Positions 1 through 8,769 of a DNA stretch of 64,000 nt are shown here, piece by piece. The stretch lies in the NCBI GenBank assembly GCA_002344005.1, contig DDTD01000043.1, positions 1,746 through 65,745 on the forward strand. Reading direction: 5' to 3'. A program made the position numbers and the translations under genes. Under the pieces are notes generated by a model. The model ran no database searches, was not told the DNA's origin, and worked only from the letters and a program-made list of their open reading frames with translations. Position 1 is the first letter of the stretch, and the number at the start of each line of letters is the position of its first letter. This DNA is from Ignavibacteria bacterium UBA2373 (GTDB lineage Bacteria > Bacteroidota > Ignavibacteria > Kapaibacteriales > UBA961).

Positions 1-1168
1 GGCGTTGATTGATGAGTATGTCTTTGGGTGCTTCGGTGTCGGGTTTTATGATGTCTGCGATTGTTTGGGTTAGTTGGTCTATGCCTTGTGCGGTTTTTGT
101 GGAGATGGCTATGGTTCCTTCGGGGATACTCATATTGGGTATGAGGTCTATTTTGTTGTGGACGGTGATGATGTGGGTGGTGGGGAATTGTTGTTGGAGT
201 TTGTGTTGGAGTGTGTTGCTGTGGTCGGTGCCTTGCGTTGCGTCATTGATGATGAGTACGAGGTTGGCTTGTGTGATGATTGATTGTGCAAGGTGTATTC
301 CTTCCATTTCGATGGTGTCTTCGGTGTTGCGCAGCCCTGCGGTGTCGGTGATTTTGACGGCTATGTTTTGTATGTGGAGTGTTTCTTCGATGTAGTCGCG
401 TGTGGTGCCGGGTATGTGGCTGACGATGGCTCTTTTTCTGTTGAGCAGTGCATTGAAGAGTGATGATTTTCCGGCATTGGGGTATCCGACGAGTGCAATG
501 TGGAATCCGGCGCGGAGAATTTGTGCGGAGCGGTATTGTTGGGCTAATTGTTGGCAATGATTGATGATTGCGTTGATGTTGTTGCGTATGGTTTGTTTTT
601 CTATGAGTTCGATGTCTTGTTCGGTGAAATCAAGCTCAAGTTCGAGCAGCCCGCAGAGTGTGATGAGTTGGTCGCGTAGTTGTTCAAGTTTTTGTGTGAA
701 TCCTCCGAGTAATTGCCTTGCCGCTGTTTGTGCGCCGATGGTGGATGAGGCGTGTATGATGTCGGCGACGGCTTCGACTTGTGTGAGGTCAATTTTGCCG
801 TTGATGAATGCACGCTGCGTGAATTGTCCTGCTTTTGCGGGTGTTGCACCTTTGTTGATGAGAGCTTGGAGTATTTGTTCGACGATAATCATGTTGCCGT
901 GGCATCCGAATTCGACGGTGTTTTCTCCGGTGTAGGAGTGTGGTGCTTTGTAGAGAAAGGCGGTGACTGTGTCTATGGGATTATTGTGTGTGTCATAGAT
1001 TATGCCATAGTGTATGGTGTGGGATTGTGCTTGTTGGAGTGTGGTTTTTCCTTTGAAGCATTGGTCTGCGATGGCGATTGCATCGTTTCCGCTGAGTCTG
1101 ATGATGGCAAGTCCGGCAGTGCCGGGTGGAGTGGCAAGAGCGCAGATGGTGTCTTTGGTGTTATTCAT
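1..1168 (-). CDS. mnmE: tRNA modification GTPase MnmE (TrmE), partial; the 3' end runs off the window start
   Basis: The reverse-strand translation from the ATG at 1168 gives MNNTKDTICALATPPGTAGLAIIRLSG... with GTPase motifs G1 (GYPNAGKSSLFNAL), TTRD and DTAG. It has no stop codon within the window, so it is absent from the ORF track. The + strand ORFs listed at 9-1180 are antisense artefacts. Confidence 0.85.
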   Translation of the reverse strand, partial: MNNTKDTICALATPPGTAGLAIIRLSGNDAIAIADQCFKGKTTLQQAQSHTIHYGIIYDTHNNPIDTVTAFLYKAPHSYTGENTVEFGCHGNMIIVEQILQALINKGATPAKAGQFTQRAFINGKIDLTQVEAVADIIHASSTIGAQTAARQLLGGFTQKLEQLRDQLITLCGLLELELDFTEQDIELIEKQTIRNNINAIINHCQQLAQQYRSAQILRAGFHIALVGYPNAGKSSLFNALLNRKRAIVSHIPGTTRDYIEETLHIQNIAVKITDTAGLRNTEDTIEMEGIHLAQSIITQANLVLIINDATQGTDHSNTLQHKLQQQFPTTHIITVHNKIDLIPNMSIPEGTIAISTKTAQGIDQLTQTIADIIKPDTEAPKDILINQR

Positions 1169-1207
1169 TGTTATTGTTGATTGTCGGTTATGATGAATAA
1201 AAAATGT

Positions 1208-2284
1208 TTAGAAAAAGAGTATGGTGCGTGGTGTGAGTAGGACATTGAGCGTTTGGAGTGTTTGTCCTTTGTAATCTTTGACGGAAACCCAGCCGTTTTT
1301 TTGGCTGAATTGCGGATAGGTAGAAATCCAGAGTGTGTTGTTATTGGGATTTTTTTGAATGTGATACCATTGGTCATTGTTTGTTGGTTTTGGGAAAAGG
1401 AGTTGTGGTTGGCTTTGTTGAGTTCTAAGATTGATGAGCCATACTCCGGCACTGTCGGCTACGAAGAGAGAGTCTTCTTGCGTGTTGAATGTTGGCACAG
1501 AGGGGCTGCGAAAAGTCCAACGGTTTGTTTCTTGGAGAGTGCGTATGTCATATTGCACGATGCCCCCTTTGAGTCCTGTTGGTGTATTGAGATTTGAGTA
1601 CATGGCATAGAGAGTTCTGCCTTGGTTGGTGATATGAAGTGAGCGTACATTGATGACATTGGTGAGTAGGGCGATTTCTTGGTTTGATTGTCTATTAATC
1701 ACGGAAATGGTGCTTGCTTTTGGTTCATTTTTTCTGAGGTCACCGTAACCGGAGTTTGCTACGAAGATGGTGGCATTTGTGACAGCAATGCCTTCGGGAG
1801 CGGGACCGACGGAGATGTATTCGGTTTTAATTTCGAGTGTCGTTGGGTTGAATTGTTTGATGCGGTCATTGAGTAAGGTAACATAAGCGACGGTATCATT
1901 GAGAATGGCAATGCGTTGTGGCTCATCGCCCGCGCTGAGTTTGATGCGTCCGTCAGAAATACCGTCATTGATGCGTATTTTTTCTATGGTTCGAGATTTT
2001 GAGACGGGAATAAAGATGTGTTGATTCCATCGGACGATGTCATTGCCTGTGTCGCCGAGTCTTTGTCCTTTGTTTTGCAGCGCAAAGTAATCATTGACTA
2101 CGGTGTTGGATTGATTGTCATAGCGAGAAAGAGTGGAGTTGTCCATGCCGAATAATCCTTCGCAGAGTATATATGCGCCGTTGTTGCCTGTGATAGTATT
2201 GGCATTTTCAGGAAATTGAGGTGAGGATATGCACCCACAAAGGATGATAGTCCATCCAAGAATGAAGTATTTGATGAATTGCAT
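1208..2284 (-). CDS. lipoprotein, beta-propeller (YVTN/NHL-like repeat) family
   Basis: It has a signal peptide with a lipobox (LCGC) and repeated beta-strand-rich segments typical of YncE/YVTN beta-propellers. It lies in the same orientation as mnmE, which is downstream of it. Confidence 0.5.
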   Translation of the reverse strand: MQFIKYFILGWTIILCGCISSPQFPENANTITGNNGAYILCEGLFGMDNSTLSRYDNQSNTVVNDYFALQNKGQRLGDTGNDIVRWNQHIFIPVSKSRTIEKIRINDGISDGRIKLSAGDEPQRIAILNDTVAYVTLLNDRIKQFNPTTLEIKTEYISVGPAPEGIAVTNATIFVANSGYGDLRKNEPKASTISVINRQSNQEIALLTNVINVRSLHITNQGRTLYAMYSNLNTPTGLKGGIVQYDIRTLQETNRWTFRSPSVPTFNTQEDSLFVADSAGVWLINLRTQQSQPQLLFPKPTNNDQWYHIQKNPNNNTLWISTYPQFSQKNGWVSVKDYKGQTLQTLNVLLTPRTILFF

Positions 2285-2299
2285 GATGTGGTCGAGATA

Positions 2300-3289
2300 T
2301 TATTTTTTGGGACGACTGACGAACATTCTTAAGAGATTTTCAACATCTTCCGCACCTTTTATCCCCGAAGGTACAGCCGTGTAATCGGTATTTGTTCCCA
2401 TGACGCTCTGTTTATCTTTAGTGGTTTCATCATCTTGTTTGGTGTACATAACCATAACGGCATAGGTGATAAGAAGGATAAATTCCAAACCAAGAGCAAA
2501 GAGAATAATGGAAGGTTCTGTACCGGGAATGAATTTTAGCCCGCGTATGCCGATGATGATGATAAGTGCTGCCGCTCCGATATAGACCAATCCGAGAATA
2601 GTATTACTGTATTGGATGGTGAAATAATGGCGCATATAGAATTTGATTGCCCCGGGTAATTTGAGCAGTGTTGTTAAGCCCATAGAGTTTTGCCATAGTA
2701 AAGCAGCCCTAACCGATTCGAGGTCAGAATAGGGCATATCAATGGTGTGGGCATAATCATGCAAGCGTCGCACATCATTGACAAGGATATTATCAACAAT
2801 TTCTTCAAGTTCGCGATCGGTATGTTCACCATAGAGCTTAACGGCAATATTATCAAGCACATTGACAAGTTCTCTGTAAATCTTTTGTCGTAGCAATCCA
2901 ATGGATTTGGGCAAAAGTCCGGTTATTAATGCTGCAAAAACAATAGAGAGATTGAAAATTAAAGGGAAAAGCGATAAGGAGGGATTGAATAAGTACTTTG
3001 CTTCAATTTTATTGGGGTTATCGGGATGTAAGTCCACAATAGCCCATTGTGTATATATGTTGGTCGAAATGATTTCGGGTTTTGCATCATGTGCTATAAA
3101 GTAATATGCTGTGCTGCCATCATAGATAGCATTAGCGCGCAGCAGGCGATGGAAAAATTCTTCCATCAGCGGAACGCCGACGAAGCGAAACAGCAGAAAG
3201 GAAGAACCAATGATGATTGCGAGAAAGATAATGTATTGCGCAGCGGAGTGTGTGCTTAATTCAAAATATGTTTTCCGAGAAGATGACAT
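2300..3289 (-). CDS. hypothetical polytopic membrane protein
   Basis: 329 aa with about 4 predicted hydrophobic helices. I recognise no family motif. Confidence 0.45.
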   Translation of the reverse strand: MSSSRKTYFELSTHSAAQYIIFLAIIIGSSFLLFRFVGVPLMEEFFHRLLRANAIYDGSTAYYFIAHDAKPEIISTNIYTQWAIVDLHPDNPNKIEAKYLFNPSLSLFPLIFNLSIVFAALITGLLPKSIGLLRQKIYRELVNVLDNIAVKLYGEHTDRELEEIVDNILVNDVRRLHDYAHTIDMPYSDLESVRAALLWQNSMGLTTLLKLPGAIKFYMRHYFTIQYSNTILGLVYIGAAALIIIIGIRGLKFIPGTEPSIILFALGLEFILLITYAVMVMYTKQDDETTKDKQSVMGTNTDYTAVPSGIKGAEDVENLLRMFVSRPKK

Positions 3290-3482
3290 ATATGTTGTTG
3301 TATAAGTGAAGTAAAGCGAAACAATAGTCAGAGATACAAGAACGTTTGTCCATAGGGAACATGATATTCTCTTTTATGAGAGATTAACATAATTTATACC
3401 AAATTGAGTTTTTATGGTGACAAATTTCCTTTTTGACAGTTAATACAATTGCAAAGTACACAATCTTCTTGGTATAGTGTTC

Positions 3483-4046
3483 ATGAATACGGATTTCAAA
3501 CAGCTTTCGGATAGTGAACTCTGCACCCTTGTTTATCAAGGTGGAGAGTCAAGGAATGCTGCCTTTGAGGTATTATATGAGCGTCATTCGCCGCGAGTTT
3601 ACCTTTATTGCCGACGGATAATGGGTGAGGTAACTGTTTTGGATGATGTGTTTCAAGAAACATTTGTGCGTTTCTATAAGAGCTTACTTGTAGAGCGAGA
3701 AATGAGTAATGTGCCGGGCTATTTGTTGCGAATAGCACGGAATTTGTGTATTGCAGAAAAGGAAAAACCGCATAATCAAACAGTGGAATTCGATGAAACT
3801 CATGTATTGGGTCATGTTTCTTCGGTTGAATCGGATGAAATGCTTTCTTTGATTGATATGGCGATTACTATGTTGCCTGATGAGTTCAGAGAGGTATGGG
3901 TGATGAAGGAAAATATGGGTTTTTCGTACAATGAAATTGCCGATACATTGCAAACAACAATGTCAACGGTACGGACGCGGCTTTATCGAGCCAGAATGAT
4001 GATACGTGAAATTTTAGCTCCGTACATTACGGATTTAAATTCTTAA
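3483..4046 (+). CDS. ECF-type RNA polymerase sigma-70 factor
   Basis: Region 2 (DDVFQETFVRFYK) and a region 4 helix-turn-helix (FSYNEIADTLQTTMSTVRTRLYRAR) are present. The ORF track begins at GTG 3477; the ATG at 3483 is the more likely start. Confidence 0.85.
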   Translation: MNTDFKQLSDSELCTLVYQGGESRNAAFEVLYERHSPRVYLYCRRIMGEVTVLDDVFQETFVRFYKSLLVEREMSNVPGYLLRIARNLCIAEKEKPHNQTVEFDETHVLGHVSSVESDEMLSLIDMAITMLPDEFREVWVMKENMGFSYNEIADTLQTTMSTVRTRLYRARMMIREILAPYITDLNS

Positions 4047-4055
4047 GGAAAAGTT

Positions 4056-5297
4056 ATGACAGATTTTATGTCCCCATCGGAAATGTTGAGCGCGTATATA
4101 GATGGCGAGCTTGATGAACAATCAACGTCGCTGTTGTTTTACACTATGGCGAATAATGTGGAGTTGCAACAAGAGATGCAACAACTAATGGCTATTCGTA
4201 CAGCGACATCGGCATCAGCAGTGCAAGTGCCCGCTCATTTGAAACAAGCAATTCTTGCCAAAACTATCGGTAAAGAACAAGAAGCGGTTGCAGCAGGGGG
4301 CATGACTCCTATGACAACCGCCGGATTGGTCATTAGTGCCGCTGCAATTGCATCATTGGCAACAGCATGGTTTCTTATTTCCGATTCATCGGACAATACA
4401 TATAATCATCATAATATGTCTTCTGCTCATACTGTAGAAGCTCACTCCCATCAAAAACCCGCCCTGTCCACCTCGCAGCAATCCGTAATACTTAATCAAG
4501 AAAAAATGTCTGAACCGACACAAACACAATATTCGCAGCATTATGGTTCCGTAGCGTCTTCTGCTTCACCCACACAATTATATTCTTCTGTTGATGCAAT
4601 AAAAGAAGAAGTGAGAAACAGTAATGTTGTTACTCCTTTGCAAACATTCGATGATAACAATACTGTTGCATTCATAGAGGAAAATGGAATGTACGCAGAA
4701 AGTGTTTCGCCTGCTATATTGCATTCCGTGCCTTTTGCTTTTCAATCACATACATTTGGGGTAAAGTCGCCATTATCTGCTATAAGTGCATTTGCTTCAC
4801 AAGAAGACAAGGGTGATTTCTCTGTGAGTGTTCGTGGGATGATGTCAAGTTCCTTGCAATCTTCTTCTTTATCGTTGCCAACCCAGCCACTTTATTCTGA
4901 TATGGGTATTGGTGTCTTCTATACTCTTGATGAAAGCAGTAAACTAGGCATTGAAGCCGGTTATGATCGCTGGACGCAAGTTTATGATGGAAAAGAAGGG
5001 GACACAAGCGTAAGATTTGAACAATATTATAATGCGCCGTGGGTAGGAGTTGCTTATCGTCATAGTGTTGCTCCTGTGGAATGGTTATCACATGCGAGTC
5101 CTTATATACAAGGGGGAATAGGAGTCACAGCGGTTGGTCCATTGGCACGTATAGCATTAGGATTGCAATATCCTCTTTTCCAATCTATTTCATTGAGTGC
5201 AGGCATTGAAGCTTCGGGATTGGCATATCAATATCAAGGAATGATCTTTTCTTCTCAAAGAGTTGCTTTTATTTCAACAGTATCTGTGGGTTTATGA
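4056..5297 (+). CDS. anti-sigma factor (N-terminal anti-sigma domain, one transmembrane segment, large C-terminal extracytoplasmic domain)
   Basis: It lies immediately downstream of the ECF sigma gene and has an AAGGA ribosome-binding site. The N-terminus (SAYIDGELDEQS) resembles RskA-like anti-sigma factors. It has one hydrophobic segment, and its C-terminal region has the alternating hydrophobic pattern of a beta-barrel. Confidence 0.6.
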   Translation: MTDFMSPSEMLSAYIDGELDEQSTSLLFYTMANNVELQQEMQQLMAIRTATSASAVQVPAHLKQAILAKTIGKEQEAVAAGGMTPMTTAGLVISAAAIASLATAWFLISDSSDNTYNHHNMSSAHTVEAHSHQKPALSTSQQSVILNQEKMSEPTQTQYSQHYGSVASSASPTQLYSSVDAIKEEVRNSNVVTPLQTFDDNNTVAFIEENGMYAESVSPAILHSVPFAFQSHTFGVKSPLSAISAFASQEDKGDFSVSVRGMMSSSLQSSSLSLPTQPLYSDMGIGVFYTLDESSKLGIEAGYDRWTQVYDGKEGDTSVRFEQYYNAPWVGVAYRHSVAPVEWLSHASPYIQGGIGVTAVGPLARIALGLQYPLFQSISLSAGIEASGLAYQYQGMIFSSQRVAFISTVSVGL

Positions 5298-6046
5298 GAA
5301 CTTGGGCTGCTTGGGGACTATTCTTGTGTATGATTATTCATATCATAGGATGTACATCGCCCACGGATGTTGATGCAGCCCGCAAAAGAACAATTTTAGA
5401 CACACCGCCTGACATATTGCGATTTGTGAGTTTACCCTCAGTATTAAATTTTGGCAGTGTACGGCAATTTAGCACAAAAGAAATGCTATTTGTCTGCTCA
5501 AATTATTCGAATGAAGTAGTAACCATAAATTCTGTTACTTTACAACACGGCAATCGCGGATTTACTCTTTTGCCATTTACTGTTCCCATACAAATCAATC
5601 CTAAAACAACATCGTTGAATTTATTTCCCATACAATTTTCCGGACAAATACCCGGTGAATTCAGCGATACGATTATTCTCAATAAATCAGAAAAATATGC
5701 TATTCCCTTATATGCGAATGTGCGGCGATTGTCTGTACGTACAAGCGATATAGATTTTGGTGCTGTTAAAATAGAACAAAGCCGTAGTATAAATGTTGAA
5801 ATAGAAAATTTAGACACTGTTTCCGTGACGGTGCAAAGTGTTAGTAATGATGATGTTGAGTTTGCTTTTTATATTGCTCCCATACAATCATTTTCATTAC
5901 AACCGGGTGAGAAAAGAACCGTACCTGTTGTTTTCACTCCATCCAAAGTCAAGACCTATAATGCCATAATCCGCTTTAGTATTATTGGTGCCACCAATGA
6001 TGTTGATAATGAAGCAATTGTTATCGGTGAAGGGATAATAAAGTAA
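5294..6046 (+). CDS. lipoprotein with two DUF1573-like (ASH/Ig-like) domains
   Basis: It has a lipobox (IIGCTS) and two repeats of the motif x(D/N)FGxVxxxxxxxxxxxxxNxxxxxVxIxSV. Its start overlaps the anti-sigma stop by 4 bp, so the two are in an operon. Confidence 0.5.
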   Translation: MRTWAAWGLFLCMIIHIIGCTSPTDVDAARKRTILDTPPDILRFVSLPSVLNFGSVRQFSTKEMLFVCSNYSNEVVTINSVTLQHGNRGFTLLPFTVPIQINPKTTSLNLFPIQFSGQIPGEFSDTIILNKSEKYAIPLYANVRRLSVRTSDIDFGAVKIEQSRSINVEIENLDTVSVTVQSVSNDDVEFAFYIAPIQSFSLQPGEKRTVPVVFTPSKVKTYNAIIRFSIIGATNDVDNEAIVIGEGIIK

Positions 6047-6125
6047 GAGAACTTTAATAATGTGAGTGTGTATATGGATTTATATATGGATATATGTATT
6101 TATGGATATATCGGTGATTATTATC

Positions 6126-7334
6126 TCATTGCTCGGAAATATTTTCCGCAATAGCCATTGAAGCTGCTCGACGTGCGGGATATATTGTTGCAAGTAAACA
6201 CAATATCAAAGAGGATATTATTGCAAAAACAACTATGGACGGATTAATCACTACAGGTAAAGTAGGTACAATAGAAACTGCTCCATCTAAGGTTATCCAC
6301 CCAAAAGTTTGTTGTCCCCAACATAAACCGATACCGAGTGCTGCCCCAAGAAATGTAGAAGAGCAACCAATAATCATACCTTTTGTAAAATAAATATTAC
6401 CTATAAATTTTTCACTTGCTCCAAGAGCTTTCAGCAAAGCAATATCACGCCTTTTTTGCACTACCGTCATTGATAATGATGCTAAAATATTAAATGCTGA
6501 CACAACAACGACCAAACCGACAATAATAAATGAAACCATTCTTTCAAATTCCACAACACCATAAATATCACTGTGTAAATCACGCCATGTAAGTACAGTG
6601 CCCGCATTTTTCTTGGATAATATATTCATTATTTGGGGAACCGTCTCTTTATCATCTAATCGAATATCTATATAAGGATATGTATATCGTTGCAATGATG
6701 GTACGGATTCTTCAAAAGCATATATCATAGTCGCATCATATTCTTTTATATTGGTAATAAATACTCCACCAATAATTGCACGAATACCTTGTGGTGCAGA
6801 CATTGTCATTGCTGCTTGGTCTATACTGCCAAGTGACAGAATTGTGATGGTATCTCCCGGTACTGCTTTTAATTTATCACATACACCGGCACCGATGAGA
6901 ATATAAGGAATAGAATTATACATACCGATAGTGTTTTTCCCCCATCCGTTACTACGCATTAATCCTCGAATATCATTACTATCCGCAGTTTTCACAGTTC
7001 GTATGATAAACGGCTGCGTTGCACCTTTCCATGAACCAATAATTTTTGATTCATGAAAAATGGTTACTTCGCGTATTCCTTCTAAATTGGAAATGTCTTT
7101 TTTGAGTAATGTGACATCGGCTTTTGCTTGGGGAATAATGCGAATATGCGGATCGAATGTGGACATCATATCAAAATATAAGGCACCAAATCCATTGAAT
7201 ATAGCAGATACACAAATAAGAGCAGCTACTCCGACTGTAATGCCAATAACCGATAATGTTGTAATAATTGTAATAAATGACACAGAGCGCTTATACAATA
7301 AATAACGTTGTGCGAAAAGTACTATAAGTTTCAT
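6126..7334 (-). CDS. ABC transporter permease, FtsX-like (LolC/LolE family)
   Basis: It has an N-terminal transmembrane segment, a large periplasmic loop, and three C-terminal transmembrane segments (FtsX domain). The likely start is MKLIVLF at 7334, in a 4-bp ATGA overlap with the upstream gene; the ORF track extends it to 7460. Confidence 0.75.
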   Translation of the reverse strand: MKLIVLFAQRYLLYKRSVSFITIITTLSVIGITVGVAALICVSAIFNGFGALYFDMMSTFDPHIRIIPQAKADVTLLKKDISNLEGIREVTIFHESKIIGSWKGATQPFIIRTVKTADSNDIRGLMRSNGWGKNTIGMYNSIPYILIGAGVCDKLKAVPGDTITILSLGSIDQAAMTMSAPQGIRAIIGGVFITNIKEYDATMIYAFEESVPSLQRYTYPYIDIRLDDKETVPQIMNILSKKNAGTVLTWRDLHSDIYGVVEFERMVSFIIVGLVVVVSAFNILASLSMTVVQKRRDIALLKALGASEKFIGNIYFTKGMIIGCSSTFLGAALGIGLCWGQQTFGWITLDGAVSIVPTLPVVINPSIVVFAIISSLILCLLATIYPARRAASMAIAENISEQ

Positions 7335-8647
7335 GATGCAATAGATTGTTGTGTACTTTGATATCGTGGAAGAAAAAGCAATAAAATAAGTCCGGCAATA
7401 AAGAAAATCATGAGGGCAACAATCGAATTTCTCATGCTGCCTGTGATACCTGTAAGCCAACCATAGGAAAACATTCCAATCACAACTCCACTTTTTTCAC
7501 AAATATCATAAAAGCTAAAATATGAAGCATGATTATGTGTCGCAGGTAAGAGCTTCGAGTATGTTGAGCGCGAGAGAGATTGAATGCCGCCTAAGACTAA
7601 TCCTACAAAAGCCGCTTCGATAAAATAATGTGTGATTGTGGAAATAAAAAATGCGCCAAGACAAACGCCAATCCAAATACATAAAGTCAATGATAAACTT
7701 TTTACATTACCATATCGAGCAGATAAAGCAGAAAAAAGATATGAACCTCCGACAGCGATAAATTGGATAATCAGTACTGTTGTTATTAAATCGGAAGATT
7801 GCAAACCGATTTCTTGTTCACCAAAAAATGTTGCCATCAGAATCACTGTCTGTACACCCATTGAGTAAAGGGTAAAAGCAGCGAGAAATATCTTTAGTTG
7901 AGGTTGATATTGTATTTGTTTCCACACACCAAGTAATTCTCGAAAACCGGCTGTTAAAAGTGAAGTCTGCGTTTTTTTTGGTGATGGGGAATTATCTAAT
8001 GATGCAAAAGTAATATTGGCAAAACCAAACCACCATAAAGCTACTGCAATAAATGAGTACGGAGCAATTGTCAAAAATATTTGTGCATCTGTCATATTTT
8101 GCATAGGTAAGCCAAAAAGAGTTGGTTTCATAATGATAGCAAGGATGCTGATGAGTAATATAGAGCTACCGATATAACCCATTGCAAATCCCTTTGCCGA
8201 GACTTTATCTTGATCTTCCGGTGGAGCTATTTCGGGAAGAAAACCATTATAAAAAACTAAACTTCCGGAAAAACCTATGCTTGCTCCCATTGCGCAGACT
8301 AAGCCGAAAGCAAGGTTATTGCTTGTAAATTGTGATAATAAGGCACAGCAAAGCGCGCCGAACATACAAAATCCGCGTAAGAAGTCCTTCTTTCTGCCGG
8401 AATAATCAGCAATACCGGAGAGAAGAGGAGTAATACAACATACTAAAAAGTATGATAGTGCAATTGCATACGAATATAATTCGGAATTGAGAAAAGAGAA
8501 TCCCCACAGATTCACATAATCAGAATCTCCGGTTTTTGCAACTGCGGCATAATAAATAGGAAAAATTGCAGTATTAATAACAAGGGGATAGGAGGAATTA
8601 GCCCAGTCATAAAAATACCATCCGCGTAATTGTTTCTTTGAGTGCAT
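7331..8647 (-). CDS. MFS transporter (UMF1/Atg22-like family)
   Basis: 438 aa with about 12 transmembrane segments. The N-terminus (LRGWYFYDWANSSY) is typical of the UMF1 family. Confidence 0.7.
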   Translation of the reverse strand: MHSKKQLRGWYFYDWANSSYPLVINTAIFPIYYAAVAKTGDSDYVNLWGFSFLNSELYSYAIALSYFLVCCITPLLSGIADYSGRKKDFLRGFCMFGALCCALLSQFTSNNLAFGLVCAMGASIGFSGSLVFYNGFLPEIAPPEDQDKVSAKGFAMGYIGSSILLISILAIIMKPTLFGLPMQNMTDAQIFLTIAPYSFIAVALWWFGFANITFASLDNSPSPKKTQTSLLTAGFRELLGVWKQIQYQPQLKIFLAAFTLYSMGVQTVILMATFFGEQEIGLQSSDLITTVLIIQFIAVGGSYLFSALSARYGNVKSLSLTLCIWIGVCLGAFFISTITHYFIEAAFVGLVLGGIQSLSRSTYSKLLPATHNHASYFSFYDICEKSGVVIGMFSYGWLTGITGSMRNSIVALMIFFIAGLILLLFLPRYQSTQQSIAS

Positions 8648-8769
8648 TGTTTTATATGATTATTTCATGGCAAAACTACGAAAGTAGTATAAATGCTGCT
8701 GTTTCTCCAGAAAAAAAAGCCATCGCCCCATAAGGAACAATGGCTTTATATCTTTGAATAATAAATGGT

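Noticed and set aside
9-1180. Plus-strand ORFs at 9-395, 74-283, 561-935 and 752-1180 with odd Cys/Val/Met/Ser-rich translations
   Set aside because: They are antisense to the clearly recognisable mnmE reading frame on the - strand (G1, TTRD and DTAG motifs). The G+T-rich + strand has few stop codons, so long spurious ORFs appear.
3437-3470. sigma-70 style TTGACA/TATAGT promoter for the ECF sigma gene
   Set aside because: TTGACA at 3437 is present, but the spacing to any acceptable -10 element is wrong (5 bp or 22 bp), so I do not call a promoter here.
6047-6125. Repetition of tatatggat/tatggatatat in the convergent intergenic gap
   Set aside because: This is a short low-complexity AT microsatellite-like stretch with no stem-loop and no periodicity beyond 3 copies. 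It is most likely slippage sequence with no evident function.
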